Below, piece by piece: positions 37,812-47,781 of a stretch of DNA of 64,000 nucleotides. The position numbers were made by a program, and so were the translations under genes. Position 1 is the stretch's first letter. The number at the start of each line of letters is the position of its first letter. Source of the DNA: a virus; the IMG/VR virus record IMGVR_UViG_3300005681_000033, positions 64,001-128,000 of that record; one strand, 5' to 3'. Under the pieces are notes generated by a model. It was given only the letters and a program-made list of their open reading frames with translations, did no database searches and was not told the origin of the DNA.

Positions 37812-38831
37812 ATGAAAAACGTTATCGCAATTATGCTGAGTTTACTCATGGTGAGTACCCTGGCATTGGCGTCAGCCCAAAATGAGGCCGACAAGAAAAA
37901 AGAAGCTGCTGGGAAGCCAGCGTCCGAACAACCCATTATCTTGACAAAAGATAATACCATCACGCTTAATAATGCGTTTTATGGTGATACCGTGGCTAAT
38001 TTAGCTAAAGAAGCTAAAGAGTTAGATTCTAGAACAGAATCAACAGATCCAATCTATTTAGTTCTAAATAGTCCAGGTGGTTCCATTGATGCAGGTTTAG
38101 AGTTGATTGAAATTTTATCAAGTCTTAAACGACCGGTTAAAACAATCAGTATTTTTTCAGCTAGTATGGGTTTTCAAACCGTACAAGGTCTAGGAGAACG
38201 CTTGGTTGTAAGAGATGGTACTCTTATGTCACATAAAGCTCGCGGCGGATTCTATGGTGAATTCCCAGGGCAACTTGATAGTCGATATAGCTATTATTTA
38301 AAGCGTGTAAATCGAATGAATGAGCAAGCGGTTGCTCGTACAAACGGTAAACACACAATGAAGAGCTATGCAGATTTAATCGAAAATGAATTTTGGTGCG
38401 ATGGTAAAGATTGTGTTGCAGAAGGATTTGCGGATAGAGTAGTAACAGCTCAATGTGATAAGTCTTTATCTGGAACTAAAACCGTTAGTGAAGCTAAATT
38501 TATTTACATGGGTCATGTTATTGAATTTACTTCTGATTATGACTTATGCCCGGTAAATACAAACTATCTAGCTTGGCATATTTTGATTGATGGTGAGCCA
38601 TTATTCAAAGATAACACGAAAAAAGATGATAAGAAAGCACAAGATACAACGGCTGGGTCTTCAGGCCCTAGTATGTGGTCTTCATATTTCGGTGGATATG
38701 GATCTTCGTATTCTTCATCTTCAGAAGAAAAGAAACCAGCTTTAACTGCAGAGCAATTGTTTGAAATCCAACAAAAAGCTAAAAAACAACAGGAAGATAA
38801 GCAAAATCGACAAGTAATTAAAGGTTACTAA
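37812..38831 (+). CDS. ClpP/crotonase-like serine protease with signal peptide
   Basis: MKNVIAIMLSLLMVSTLALA signal; LNSPGGS, ASMG, MSH. Confidence 0.8.
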   Translation: MKNVIAIMLSLLMVSTLALASAQNEADKKKEAAGKPASEQPIILTKDNTITLNNAFYGDTVANLAKEAKELDSRTESTDPIYLVLNSPGGSIDAGLELIEILSSLKRPVKTISIFSASMGFQTVQGLGERLVVRDGTLMSHKARGGFYGEFPGQLDSRYSYYLKRVNRMNEQAVARTNGKHTMKSYADLIENEFWCDGKDCVAEGFADRVVTAQCDKSLSGTKTVSEAKFIYMGHVIEFTSDYDLCPVNTNYLAWHILIDGEPLFKDNTKKDDKKAQDTTAGSSGPSMWSSYFGGYGSSYSSSSEEKKPALTAEQLFEIQQKAKKQQEDKQNRQVIKGY

Positions 38832-38855
38832 TCAATACTTTAAAAAATATTTTTC

Positions 38856-38882
38856 AAAAGGCTCCGCAAGGGGCCTTTTTTT
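38856..38882 (+). terminator. Rho-independent terminator fused to the next promoter
   Basis: AAAAGGCTCC-GCAA-GGGGCCTTTTTTT then TATGG-TATGAT. Confidence 0.85.
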
Positions 38883-38908
38883 ATGGTATGATGCTTCAGA
38901 GGTGAATT

Positions 38909-39160
38909 ATGCCAATGATTAAATTTCAGTGCAACAATCCAGATTGTGAGAACCATATCACTAAACTTTTTACTGATGTTAAATCAATCCCACCATTTCT
39001 AAATTGCGGAGAGTGTGGTACTGGTAAACTAGAAAGACAATTAGGTGCTCCAAGCTCTAAGTCTACCCAAATCTTGGACGATGGTTTGCAGACAAAAAGA
39101 TTAGAGATTATGAACGACGTTGTTGAAAAAGAACGTGAACGCCTACAAACAGAGGAATAA
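38909..39160 (+). CDS. FmdB-like zinc-ribbon protein
   Basis: MPMIKFQC..C...C.ECG..LERQLGAP. Confidence 0.7.
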   Translation: MPMIKFQCNNPDCENHITKLFTDVKSIPPFLNCGECGTGKLERQLGAPSSKSTQILDDGLQTKRLEIMNDVVEKERERLQTEE

Positions 39161-41158
39161 ATGATTCAATTATTAGCCCTTCGTTTTGGACAAATTAGAT
39201 CTTTTGTGGATGATCAAGAAATTGTATTTGCCAATCGTGAAAAGCTCATTCAGATTGATGGTAAAAATCTAAATACCGGTGGGTCATCTGGTTCTGGTAA
39301 AAGTACAGTGTTGATGGTATTGGATTATCTTTTGGGATTAAACGATGTTCCAGCAACATTGTTGCAATCTCGTCTTACTAAAAGTGGGATGTGGGCTGAG
39401 GGTGATTTTGTTATTGATGGGCAACCTGTGACGATCTCTCGTAGTAAAAAAGATGGTCTTTCAATCACTATGGGTGATAATAAGGTTTCTGGAAATTCAG
39501 ATCAAGCTGAAGAAAAATTACAAGAATTAATCGGTCTTCCGATGCCCATTTTTAAGAAAATGATTCATAAGCGTCAAAAAGAAGGTGGGTTTTTTCTTGG
39601 CCTGGGCGCTTCTAAAACCTACAAATTTCTTGTTTCTGTATTAGGTTTGGAAAAACATATTACTGATATCGATGCCATTGTCGCTGATATTAAAAGATGG
39701 GACGAAGAGGCCACAGCCGCACAACGGACTTTAGATTTAGATCGCAGTTCTTTATTAGATCTAGAAAGAATTTTGTCAGAAAAACAAAAACCAGTTCAAA
39801 ACTATTCCGATGAGCAAATTGAGCAAATGAACAAGGACGTTCAGGGTCTTCAGATTACCCTTCGTGCTCTAAAAATGCAAGTAAAAGAGGATGTGGCTGA
39901 GGTGCCAGTTGTTGTGGACAAAACTATCGACGCTACAGAATTGAATCAAAAAATTTCAGCTTTGGTACCACGACGAAATGAATTGAATGGGTTTATTAAA
40001 GATTTAGAGAATGTTAAGGTTAACCTGCAAGCTGAAATCAATAAAATTCCTTTTTATCTTGCTGATGCTCAAAAGGCTGGAAAAAGAATTTCTGATCTTA
40101 GGGCTGAAATGGCCCATATAGAACAATCACAATGTCCTAAATGTATGCAAAACTGGGTCGGTGACTCCGCAAAAGCTTCTATTGAATCTATTAAGGGTGA
40201 AATTGATCAAAAAATTAGCGAAGCTCTTGCCTTAAAAAGTAAGATTGACACAAAGCCTGATCTAGAAAGTAAACTTTTGACTGTCATTAATGAAATTGCT
40301 ACGCATAATCAAGAACTTATCCAATTACAGGAACAACGTGCCGGTTATGATGCAACTAAATATGCCATGATGGAAGCTGTTGGTAGTGAAAATGCGATTG
40401 CTAGACAGAAATATAACGAAAAAATCAAAACTATTGAAGTGAATTCTCAAAAAAACATCGATGCAATCAACCAGAAGCTCAAGGATGCTGAAATTGCCTT
40501 AAATGGTGAAGAAATCAAGCGTAACAGCTATTTGATCGCCATGAGGTCTTATGAGAAGGATGTAGAGGCTTTACAAGGCTCAATTACCAGAAAACAAAAC
40601 GAGATTCAAAACTCAACCACCAAATTAAACGATTTGGGTAAAAAGCTGGTAGTGGCCAAAGAATCTCAAAGATTAATCAAGGCTTATGTTTTACAGACCT
40701 TCCAAGATACATTAGATGCTATCGGAGAAACAGCGACTAATATTTTGTCAGCCATTCCAAATATGAACACCTCAACGATCTATTTTGAGAATTGCAAGGA
40801 AACCAAAACTGGCTCAATTAAAGACGAAATTACCGCCATTATCAATATAGACGGTAATAATGACATTCCCATCAATTCCCTATCGGGTGGTGAGAAGACA
40901 GCTGTCGATTTAGCAGTCGATTTAGCAGTTATCGATGTCATTGAACAAAAAGTAGCGAAGGGTGCCAATTTCTTTTTTATGGACGAACCTTTTGATGGTT
41001 TGGACTCTGTATGTAAGGAAAATTGCTTAGAAATCTTAAAACAAGTGGATACTAACAAAAAAATTATTATGGTAGATCATAGTTCTGAGTTGAAAGAAAT
41101 GGTCTCGGATGTTATTCTGGTTGTAAAAAATGGTGAATCAAGCTCAATTGCGAGCTAG
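39161..41158 (+). CDS. SbcC/Rad50/gp46-like ATPase
   Basis: GSGKS, CPKC zinc hook, LSGGE, FMDEPFDGLD, H. Confidence 0.92.
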   Translation: MIQLLALRFGQIRSFVDDQEIVFANREKLIQIDGKNLNTGGSSGSGKSTVLMVLDYLLGLNDVPATLLQSRLTKSGMWAEGDFVIDGQPVTISRSKKDGLSITMGDNKVSGNSDQAEEKLQELIGLPMPIFKKMIHKRQKEGGFFLGLGASKTYKFLVSVLGLEKHITDIDAIVADIKRWDEEATAAQRTLDLDRSSLLDLERILSEKQKPVQNYSDEQIEQMNKDVQGLQITLRALKMQVKEDVAEVPVVVDKTIDATELNQKISALVPRRNELNGFIKDLENVKVNLQAEINKIPFYLADAQKAGKRISDLRAEMAHIEQSQCPKCMQNWVGDSAKASIESIKGEIDQKISEALALKSKIDTKPDLESKLLTVINEIATHNQELIQLQEQRAGYDATKYAMMEAVGSENAIARQKYNEKIKTIEVNSQKNIDAINQKLKDAEIALNGEEIKRNSYLIAMRSYEKDVEALQGSITRKQNEIQNSTTKLNDLGKKLVVAKESQRLIKAYVLQTFQDTLDAIGETATNILSAIPNMNTSTIYFENCKETKTGSIKDEITAIINIDGNNDIPINSLSGGEKTAVDLAVDLAVIDVIEQKVAKGANFFFMDEPFDGLDSVCKENCLEILKQVDTNKKIIMVDHSSELKEMVSDVILVVKNGESSSIAS

Positions 41159-41188
41159 ATTTGTGGTATTATTACTAAGGAGAGACAA

Positions 41189-41530
41189 ATGAGCATTAAC
41201 GATAGACTTGAAGCAGATATGATTGAGTTTTTTGAAAATATCGAAAAACAACTACCTGAAGCACGAAAGAAAACACTGAAATTGTTGATTGATAAATATG
41301 CTCATTTACTGTCAACACCAGTTATGCTTGATAAGCATGATTACGAGCTAATTAGGGATTCAGCACAAAGATTCTTCGTGAATTCTGCCTTTCCTAAGTA
41401 TTTGGGTGAAAAGAAGCGTATGGTTGATTCATACGAAGCAAATGTACTTTCTATTATTGAAGGTACAATTACAGTTTTAAATAGTAAGGATTGTTTTAAA
41501 AAACTTCCTAAATTTGATTACAGAGATTAG
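41189..41530 (+). CDS. Hypothetical protein
   Basis: Promoter at 41162 and RBS AAGGAG. Confidence 0.65.
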   Translation: MSINDRLEADMIEFFENIEKQLPEARKKTLKLLIDKYAHLLSTPVMLDKHDYELIRDSAQRFFVNSAFPKYLGEKKRMVDSYEANVLSIIEGTITVLNSKDCFKKLPKFDYRD

Positions 41531-41531
41531 T

Positions 41532-41783
41532 ATGGTTGTGGTATTATTACTAGGTGAGAACGATGAGTATCTTGGTTATAAAGAGTTTAAATACTCCCAC
41601 CAAGCCGAGTTGTTTATTGGCCAATTACACAATTTAATGCTTGCTAATATTGAAAAAACACTGCCTTTGAAGGAACGTCTTCAGTTAGCACCTGAATATT
41701 TTCCCTTTGCTGGTAGATTACAAAATGTAGAATTAATACAACTTTCCAAAACGGAGGGAGAGAACAATGAGCGAAGTGGATAA
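41532..41783 (+). CDS. Hypothetical protein
   Basis: Fills the gap in the operon. Confidence 0.5.
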   Translation: MVVVLLLGENDEYLGYKEFKYSHQAELFIGQLHNLMLANIEKTLPLKERLQLAPEYFPFAGRLQNVELIQLSKTEGENNERSG

Positions 41784-42078
41784 AGAAGAAGTACTAAAAA
41801 CAAAAGTACGCAATGAATTTCCTGAATTTATTGAAAGCGTAGACAATTTACCTGTAGAAAAATTGAATGAAAATTTACTACGATATGCTGTTTATCGCGA
41901 AGAAACAGAGATGGCTAAATCAACCGACAAGGGTTTAATTAAAGCCAAAAACGATGTTAAAGAATATCAAGCTCCTTATAATGAAACACTAAAGGCCCTT
42001 AAGCTTAAAATGGCTTACCTGCACCTTTTAATTGTTGAGAAAAAAGGCGGCAGTGATGAGAAGGCTAAAGCCGAATAA
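41767..42078 (+). CDS. Hypothetical protein
   Basis: RBS GGAGG. Confidence 0.65.
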   Translation: MSEVDKEEVLKTKVRNEFPEFIESVDNLPVEKLNENLLRYAVYREETEMAKSTDKGLIKAKNDVKEYQAPYNETLKALKLKMAYLHLLIVEKKGGSDEKAKAE

Positions 42079-42646
42079 GTCAGCCTACGATGCCAATGGA
42101 CGTTGGGTAGAGGAGCGTGGACAAATTAAAGGTGCGATTCGTCGTGTCTTTAGGTTGTCCCCTCAAATGCAAGAAGTCCTTAAAGCTGCTAGGGTTGAAC
42201 TTCCACCTAAAACAAAAAAAGACGGCGAACCTGGCAAAAAAAATCAGGTTCGTTACACTTGTGCTATTTGTCAAAAGCTATACCAGCAGGCAAATGTACA
42301 GGTTGATCATATTGACCCCGTAGTTCCATTGTGGAAAGCCGAGTCTACTATGACATATGATGAGATTGTTAGACGTGTATTTTGTCACATCAGCAATCTC
42401 CAAGTGATTTGCTCAACCCCCATGAAGAAAAATAATGGTGAACCGAGCTGTCACAAAATAAAAACGGATAGAGAGAATTTCATCCGTGATGAATTGAAAA
42501 AAGTTATGAATATTCTTGATCATACTGGTGAAGAGATTGACGAGTTGATCAAAAATGCTTCAGCTAAATATGATGTGTATTTTGCTGAAAAAGAAGAAAA
42601 AAGGAAAGCTAAGCTTGCGAGAAAAAAACGACTCCAAAATCTCTAA
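42056..42646 (+). CDS. HNH endonuclease
   Basis: CAIC..VQVDHIDPV..NLQVIC..CHKIKT. Confidence 0.85.
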   Translation: MRRLKPNKSAYDANGRWVEERGQIKGAIRRVFRLSPQMQEVLKAARVELPPKTKKDGEPGKKNQVRYTCAICQKLYQQANVQVDHIDPVVPLWKAESTMTYDEIVRRVFCHISNLQVICSTPMKKNNGEPSCHKIKTDRENFIRDELKKVMNILDHTGEEIDELIKNASAKYDVYFAEKEEKRKAKLARKKRLQNL

Positions 42647-43439
42647 CGGACAGGAAATCGCCAACCAAATCAATGCGATGCGAGCTGAATATGAGCTTCG
42701 CTCTGAGGATGTGGTTAACGAAGAAATGTCTTTTTTGGACAGGTTGAATAGACTTGTTCAATTGATTTTGGATGATGATTCTGCAAGCATCTATCCTGCT
42801 CTAAACCAAGATTCCCTAAAAGAATGGAAAAAAGGAAGATTTAAACGATGGCTTAAAAAGACCATCACTTCTAATTATAAAAATACATTCTATTTTGCTT
42901 TCTTGGTGTCTATTACAGCATTTCTAGTGAGTGAAGCTGTTACGTTCTATGCTGATGGACAAACACCTGATACAAAAACATATATTAAAGCTATTCTTAC
43001 AGAAGTAGCTTTTATTTTTTTAAGTGGCTATAAAACCGAAGGCTGGAAAAATAAAGTCTGGGTCAATACCCTTAGAGCTGGTGTGTTTTCATTAATGCTA
43101 TTTGTAATTTCTTCACAAACATTGTTATCTGGAACTAAGTTTCAAGGTAACACAACTGCAGTTACTGAACAGGTTAAGTTCCTGGAAGAGCAAATTGCAG
43201 AAAAACAAAAAACCATCCAATTTTATCTTGATAAAGGATGGGGAAACAGTGTGCGTAAGCAAACCGAAGAAAAAAACAAACTTGTCGAAAAACTTTTGGA
43301 ACTTAAAGAACAACAAGCTCAGGGCTCCAACGAAGCTGTGTCTAACCAGGTTATGTATCGTAGCTATGGCCAGGCATTCTTTCGAATTATCCTATTGTTT
43401 ATTTCAGTGTTAATTACGCGCCGTATTTTCATTTTCTAG
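42615..43439 (+). CDS. Multi-pass membrane protein with coiled coil
   Basis: About four hydrophobic segments; start uncertain. Confidence 0.6.
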   Translation: MREKNDSKISNGQEIANQINAMRAEYELRSEDVVNEEMSFLDRLNRLVQLILDDDSASIYPALNQDSLKEWKKGRFKRWLKKTITSNYKNTFYFAFLVSITAFLVSEAVTFYADGQTPDTKTYIKAILTEVAFIFLSGYKTEGWKNKVWVNTLRAGVFSLMLFVISSQTLLSGTKFQGNTTAVTEQVKFLEEQIAEKQKTIQFYLDKGWGNSVRKQTEEKNKLVEKLLELKEQQAQGSNEAVSNQVMYRSYGQAFFRIILLFISVLITRRIFIF

Positions 43440-43449
43440 AGGAGTTTCA

Positions 43450-44433
43450 ATGAGTTTACTGGTACCTCGTGCCACTTACGCTCCCTTTGAGTATGAACAA
43501 GCATACAAATTTTGGGAGCTTCAACAACAAAGCCACTGGCTACATACAGAAATAGCCATGGCGTCAGACATCAATGACTGGAAGATGGTTTTAACAGATG
43601 CCGAGCGCAATGTTATTGGTCACATCCTCAAGGGTTTTACCCAATCAGAAGTGTTTATTCAAGAATATTGGTCACAAATGATCGCCAAATGGTTTAAAAA
43701 GCCCGAAATTCAAATGATGTCAGCGGCTTTTGCGAGTATGGAGTCTGTACACGCCGTATCCTATGCATATTTGAATCAATCCCTGGGCCTAGAGGATTTC
43801 TCTGCATTCTTGCATGAACCTACAGCCAAAGCCAAAATTGATCGTTTAATCGAAACTAAAGGTAAAACAAAGGAAGAAATTGCCAGATCTATTGCTATCT
43901 TCTCTGGATTCAACGAGGGTGTAAACCTATTCAGCTCCTTTGCGGTTTTATTGAACTTCAGTCGCTTCAACAAAATGAAGGGCTTAGGTCAAATCATTGC
44001 CTTTAGTATTAAGGATGAATCCTTACACTCAGAAGCTGGATGTTGGCTTTTTAGGACTCTTATTAAGGAATTTCCAGCTATTTGGACGGATGAGCTTAAA
44101 AAAGACATTTATGACGCAGCTCGTTTAACTGTGCAATTAGAAGACGAATTTATCGACAAAGCGTTTGAACTCGGCCCTATCGAAGGATTAGACCCTGTTG
44201 ATCTTAAAGCTTTTATTAGACATAGAGCTAATACCAAGCTAACAGACTTGGATTTAAAGATTAATTGGAAAAATATCGACAAAGACTCACTTACACGCAT
44301 GGAATGGTTTGATGTAATGAGTGCCGGTGTAAACCATTCAGACTTCTTTGCTTCTAGGGTTTCTGATTACTCTAAAGGTACAATTGATTTTTCTAAAATT
44401 TGGGATGAAGAAAATGACACTACAAGAACTTAA
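43450..44433 (+). CDS. nrdB: Ribonucleotide reductase class Ia beta subunit
   Basis: ESVHAVSY, EGVNLFSSF, DESLH, DFF..Y. Confidence 0.95.
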   Translation: MSLLVPRATYAPFEYEQAYKFWELQQQSHWLHTEIAMASDINDWKMVLTDAERNVIGHILKGFTQSEVFIQEYWSQMIAKWFKKPEIQMMSAAFASMESVHAVSYAYLNQSLGLEDFSAFLHEPTAKAKIDRLIETKGKTKEEIARSIAIFSGFNEGVNLFSSFAVLLNFSRFNKMKGLGQIIAFSIKDESLHSEAGCWLFRTLIKEFPAIWTDELKKDIYDAARLTVQLEDEFIDKAFELGPIEGLDPVDLKAFIRHRANTKLTDLDLKINWKNIDKDSLTRMEWFDVMSAGVNHSDFFASRVSDYSKGTIDFSKIWDEENDTTRT

Positions 44434-46108
44434 AGATATTAAGGCAGCTCCAGAATGGATGACAGAAGAAGGTTACAAAACACTTAGCGGTGGATATCTT
44501 CTTCCAAACGAAACCCCATTGGAAATGTACACTAGGGTAGCCAATGCTGCTGGGAGTTATTATGAAGAAAGTTCAAAATGGTCTAAGAAGTTTTTTAACG
44601 CGATGTGGAAAAACTGGCTCTGTCCTGCTTCGCCGGTATTGTCAAATATGGGAACAAGTCGCGGTTTACCCATCTCTTGCAATTCAATTCACGTGGGTGA
44701 TTCTGTCGATTCTATATTCGGCAAATCTCATGAGCTTGCAATGCTTTCAAAAAATGGTGCAGGTGTTGGTATCTATCTCGGTGATATACGTGGTCGTGGC
44801 ACTGCCATTCGTGGCAATGGTCGTTCAGAAGGCATTATTCCGTGGGCAAAAGTCTACGACACCACCACGGTAAGTGTTTCGCAAGGCTCTACTCGTCGAG
44901 GTGCCTCAGCTGTTTATCTACCTGCAGATCACTCAGACATTGAAGAGTTTATTAATATGCGTCGTCCCACTGGTGATGTTAATCGTCGCTGTATGAACCT
45001 GAACCATGGTGTTTGTGTTACCAATGACTGGATGAATGCTTTACTTGCTGGTGATAAAAAGAAGCGCGAGTTATGGCAAGAAATCCTTAAGGCACGTGTG
45101 GAAACTGGTGAGCCATACCTTTTCTTCACAGATAATGTAAATGAACAAAACCCTGAGTGCTACAAAGGAAACAAACTAGATGTAAAAACATCTAATATTT
45201 GTACTGAGATTTTTCTTTATACTGACCCAGATCATAGCTTTGTATGTTGTTTGTCTTCACTTAATTTGGTGAAATGGGAAGAATGGAAAGATACTGATGT
45301 TGTTCAAACCTCAGTTCGTTTTCTTGATGCAGTGTTGGAAGAATACATTGTTAAGTCAAAGATGGTGCCTGGTCTAGAAGCCTCTAGAAGAGCTGCCATT
45401 AAAGGTCGAGCCATTGGAATTGGTGTTCTTGGATGGCATACGCTATTACAAAAGAATATGTTTCCGTTCGATAGTTTTGAAGCTATGATGCTTAATGCAC
45501 AAGTCTTTAGAACCATTAGGACAAATGCCGAAAAAGAAACTGCAGCATTGGCTATTGAAAAAGGCGAGCCAGAATGGTGTAGAGGTTATAATAGAAGAAA
45601 CACCCATTTAATCGCTATTGCACCAACAGTAAGCAACAGTTTAATTAGCGGCGGACATTCTGCTGGTATTGAACCCATTCCTGCAGCTATTTATTCACAA
45701 AAGTCAGCAAAAGGAACTTTTATTCGCAGAAATCCTGTGTTTGAAGATCTGTTAAAGTCAAAAGGCAAGGATACGCCGGAAATCTGGAAGTCTATTATTG
45801 AAAACAATAACTCTGTTAACCATTTAAAATTCTTAACAGATTTAGAAAAACAAGTGTTTATGAGTGCAATGGAAATCAATCAATTTGCTATCATTAAACA
45901 AGCTGCACAAAGACAAAAATGGATTGATCAAGGTCAATCTATCAATGTATTCTTTGGTGCCAATTCAGACCCCAAGTATATCCATGAAGTGCATATGGAA
46001 GCTTGGAAGACTGGCATTAAATCATTGTATTATTGCAGAAGTGAGGGTGTTATTCGTGGAGATCTTGCATCTCGTAGCAAAGAAGAGTGTGCGGCCTGCG
46101 AAGGTTGA
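44414..46108 (+). CDS. nrdA: Ribonucleotide reductase class Ia alpha subunit
   Basis: PISC, RRGA, TGEPY, SNICTEI, APT, DQGQS, KSLYY, C-terminal CAACEG. Confidence 0.95.
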   Translation: MTLQELKDIKAAPEWMTEEGYKTLSGGYLLPNETPLEMYTRVANAAGSYYEESSKWSKKFFNAMWKNWLCPASPVLSNMGTSRGLPISCNSIHVGDSVDSIFGKSHELAMLSKNGAGVGIYLGDIRGRGTAIRGNGRSEGIIPWAKVYDTTTVSVSQGSTRRGASAVYLPADHSDIEEFINMRRPTGDVNRRCMNLNHGVCVTNDWMNALLAGDKKKRELWQEILKARVETGEPYLFFTDNVNEQNPECYKGNKLDVKTSNICTEIFLYTDPDHSFVCCLSSLNLVKWEEWKDTDVVQTSVRFLDAVLEEYIVKSKMVPGLEASRRAAIKGRAIGIGVLGWHTLLQKNMFPFDSFEAMMLNAQVFRTIRTNAEKETAALAIEKGEPEWCRGYNRRNTHLIAIAPTVSNSLISGGHSAGIEPIPAAIYSQKSAKGTFIRRNPVFEDLLKSKGKDTPEIWKSIIENNNSVNHLKFLTDLEKQVFMSAMEINQFAIIKQAAQRQKWIDQGQSINVFFGANSDPKYIHEVHMEAWKTGIKSLYYCRSEGVIRGDLASRSKEECAACEG

Positions 46109-46143
46109 TATTTTTGTGGTATAATAACACTTGAGAGGTAATT

Positions 46144-47172
46144 ATGGCAAATATGTGGGATAAAGAAGAATCGGTGTCAGAATACCAACTGATGGCCGAA
46201 GATGCGCAGCAAGCAGAAGAGCTTGCGGAGCAATACGCTTCTAGCCCAGGGTTGGTAGAGGCAAACGAAGAGGTTTTGGAAGAAATCTCCGATGAGGCTG
46301 CTTTTGAATTAACCAATACAGAATCTAATGTAATCTATAACGCTAGATTACGATTAGAACAAGCCAAACTTTATGAATTACTCATTAATCACAATCTTTT
46401 TGAAGGAGTGGATGCAAGTCCACAGGCAATTAAAAATGTTCAAAACGAACTTAAATTTTACATTGTTAAAAGACTTGAGATTTTACTTGGTTTGCGTGAA
46501 CCTACAGCTGCTAAAGTTAATACAGCACCTGCAGAATCACAGTTTAATGATGTTGAAGTAGAGTTTTTAAAACAACTAGCTTATAAAGGCACTTTAGGTA
46601 AGTCAATTGGGCAACCGATTGTTGCAAATCCACAACAGGTCGTTAAGCCATTAACAAGTACTCCTAGCTCTGGTTTAAAGCCATTGGCTAAAATTAAAAA
46701 AACAGAACCCCCTACTGAGGTGAAACAAACAGTTGAACAACCACCAACTAAGCCAGTTCAAAAGAAAGTTGTAGTTCAACCACAACAAAAAACACAAGCG
46801 GCACCGCCATCTCAGCCAAAACCACAACCCAAAAAAACTGTTAAGGTAAGACCTTCTGGACTTGGCAGGGATTTAACTCAAGATGAAATTATGGCCATTG
46901 CACAAGAAGATCTTAAAACAGCTTCTAACAAACCATTTCATGAAATGACCCCTAAAGAGAAAGCGGAAAGAATTCGCCAAGCAAATGAAAGAAATGCTAG
47001 AAATAAGGCTCCAGTTGCTAAAATGCCAATGCCATCAGCAGCTGAATTAGAAATGAAATATGCGACCCAGCAACAATCTGGTTCGATGTCAAAAAGTTCA
47101 ACAGATCAATTTAATGTAGCGATTGCACAGGCTATCGCTGCCAAGAAAAATAGAGGAGATGACAATGAGTAA
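46144..47172 (+). CDS. Hypothetical protein with P/Q/K-rich linker
   Basis: Promoter at 46115, RBS GAGG. Confidence 0.65.
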   Translation: MANMWDKEESVSEYQLMAEDAQQAEELAEQYASSPGLVEANEEVLEEISDEAAFELTNTESNVIYNARLRLEQAKLYELLINHNLFEGVDASPQAIKNVQNELKFYIVKRLEILLGLREPTAAKVNTAPAESQFNDVEVEFLKQLAYKGTLGKSIGQPIVANPQQVVKPLTSTPSSGLKPLAKIKKTEPPTEVKQTVEQPPTKPVQKKVVVQPQQKTQAAPPSQPKPQPKKTVKVRPSGLGRDLTQDEIMAIAQEDLKTASNKPFHEMTPKEKAERIRQANERNARNKAPVAKMPMPSAAELEMKYATQQQSGSMSKSSTDQFNVAIAQAIAAKKNRGDDNE

Positions 47173-47755
47173 CGAAGCTAAGCCAGCAGCCCAACCAGCA
47201 AAGTTGAATGCAGCTCAAAAGATCGAGGCCCTTGAAAACAAGGTGATTAACCTGCAGGCTCAAATTAATGAGTTAGTTGCAATTCTCGAAGAAAAGGTGA
47301 ACATTCTTGCCGATGAAATCGACAAAACACGTCAAATTGGAGTTGCGCTTAATAAGCGTTTAAACGCCTCAATTAAAGCTGCAGAAGATGGTGGTTTAAA
47401 CACAGATTCTGTTAATAAAATCATTTTGGATGAAAACCAAAAAGAACTTGCAGGTCGTATTAAATATCTATTAGATATGGGTGCATTGGTTGGTGACAAC
47501 GAAGGTGAAGTTAGCGACAAATCTTTCTTGGTTGGAAGAACTGTTGACGCACAAGGAAATGTCGTTAATCCACGAGTTCAGTTTGCAGTTGGTACTGTAG
47601 ACCCAGAACTGAAAAAAGCTCTTATTGGTAAAAAACTGGGTGAAGTTGTAGGTTATAGTGAAGAAGAAGATCCATTCGAAATTACAGAGATCTATCAAAT
47701 TGCTGACCCCAAGACTAAAAAAAATTATGAGGAAAATCAACAGCCTGCACAATAG
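47165..47755 (+). CDS. Coiled coil plus GreA/GreB-like C-terminal domain
   Basis: LKKALIGKKLGEVV...FEITEI resembles the GreA C-terminus. Confidence 0.4.
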   Translation: MSNEAKPAAQPAKLNAAQKIEALENKVINLQAQINELVAILEEKVNILADEIDKTRQIGVALNKRLNASIKAAEDGGLNTDSVNKIILDENQKELAGRIKYLLDMGALVGDNEGEVSDKSFLVGRTVDAQGNVVNPRVQFAVGTVDPELKKALIGKKLGEVVGYSEEEDPFEITEIYQIADPKTKKNYEENQQPAQ

Positions 47756-47765
47756 GCTGTTTTTT
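47739..47765 (+). terminator. Rho-independent terminator
   Basis: AACAGCCT...AGGCTGTT followed by a T run. Confidence 0.7.
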
Positions 47766-47781
47766 AAAGCGAGGCTATCAA

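Noticed and set aside
41537-41547. TGTGGTATTAT match
   Set aside because: Falls inside the probable coding start of 41532..41783, so not counted as a promoter.
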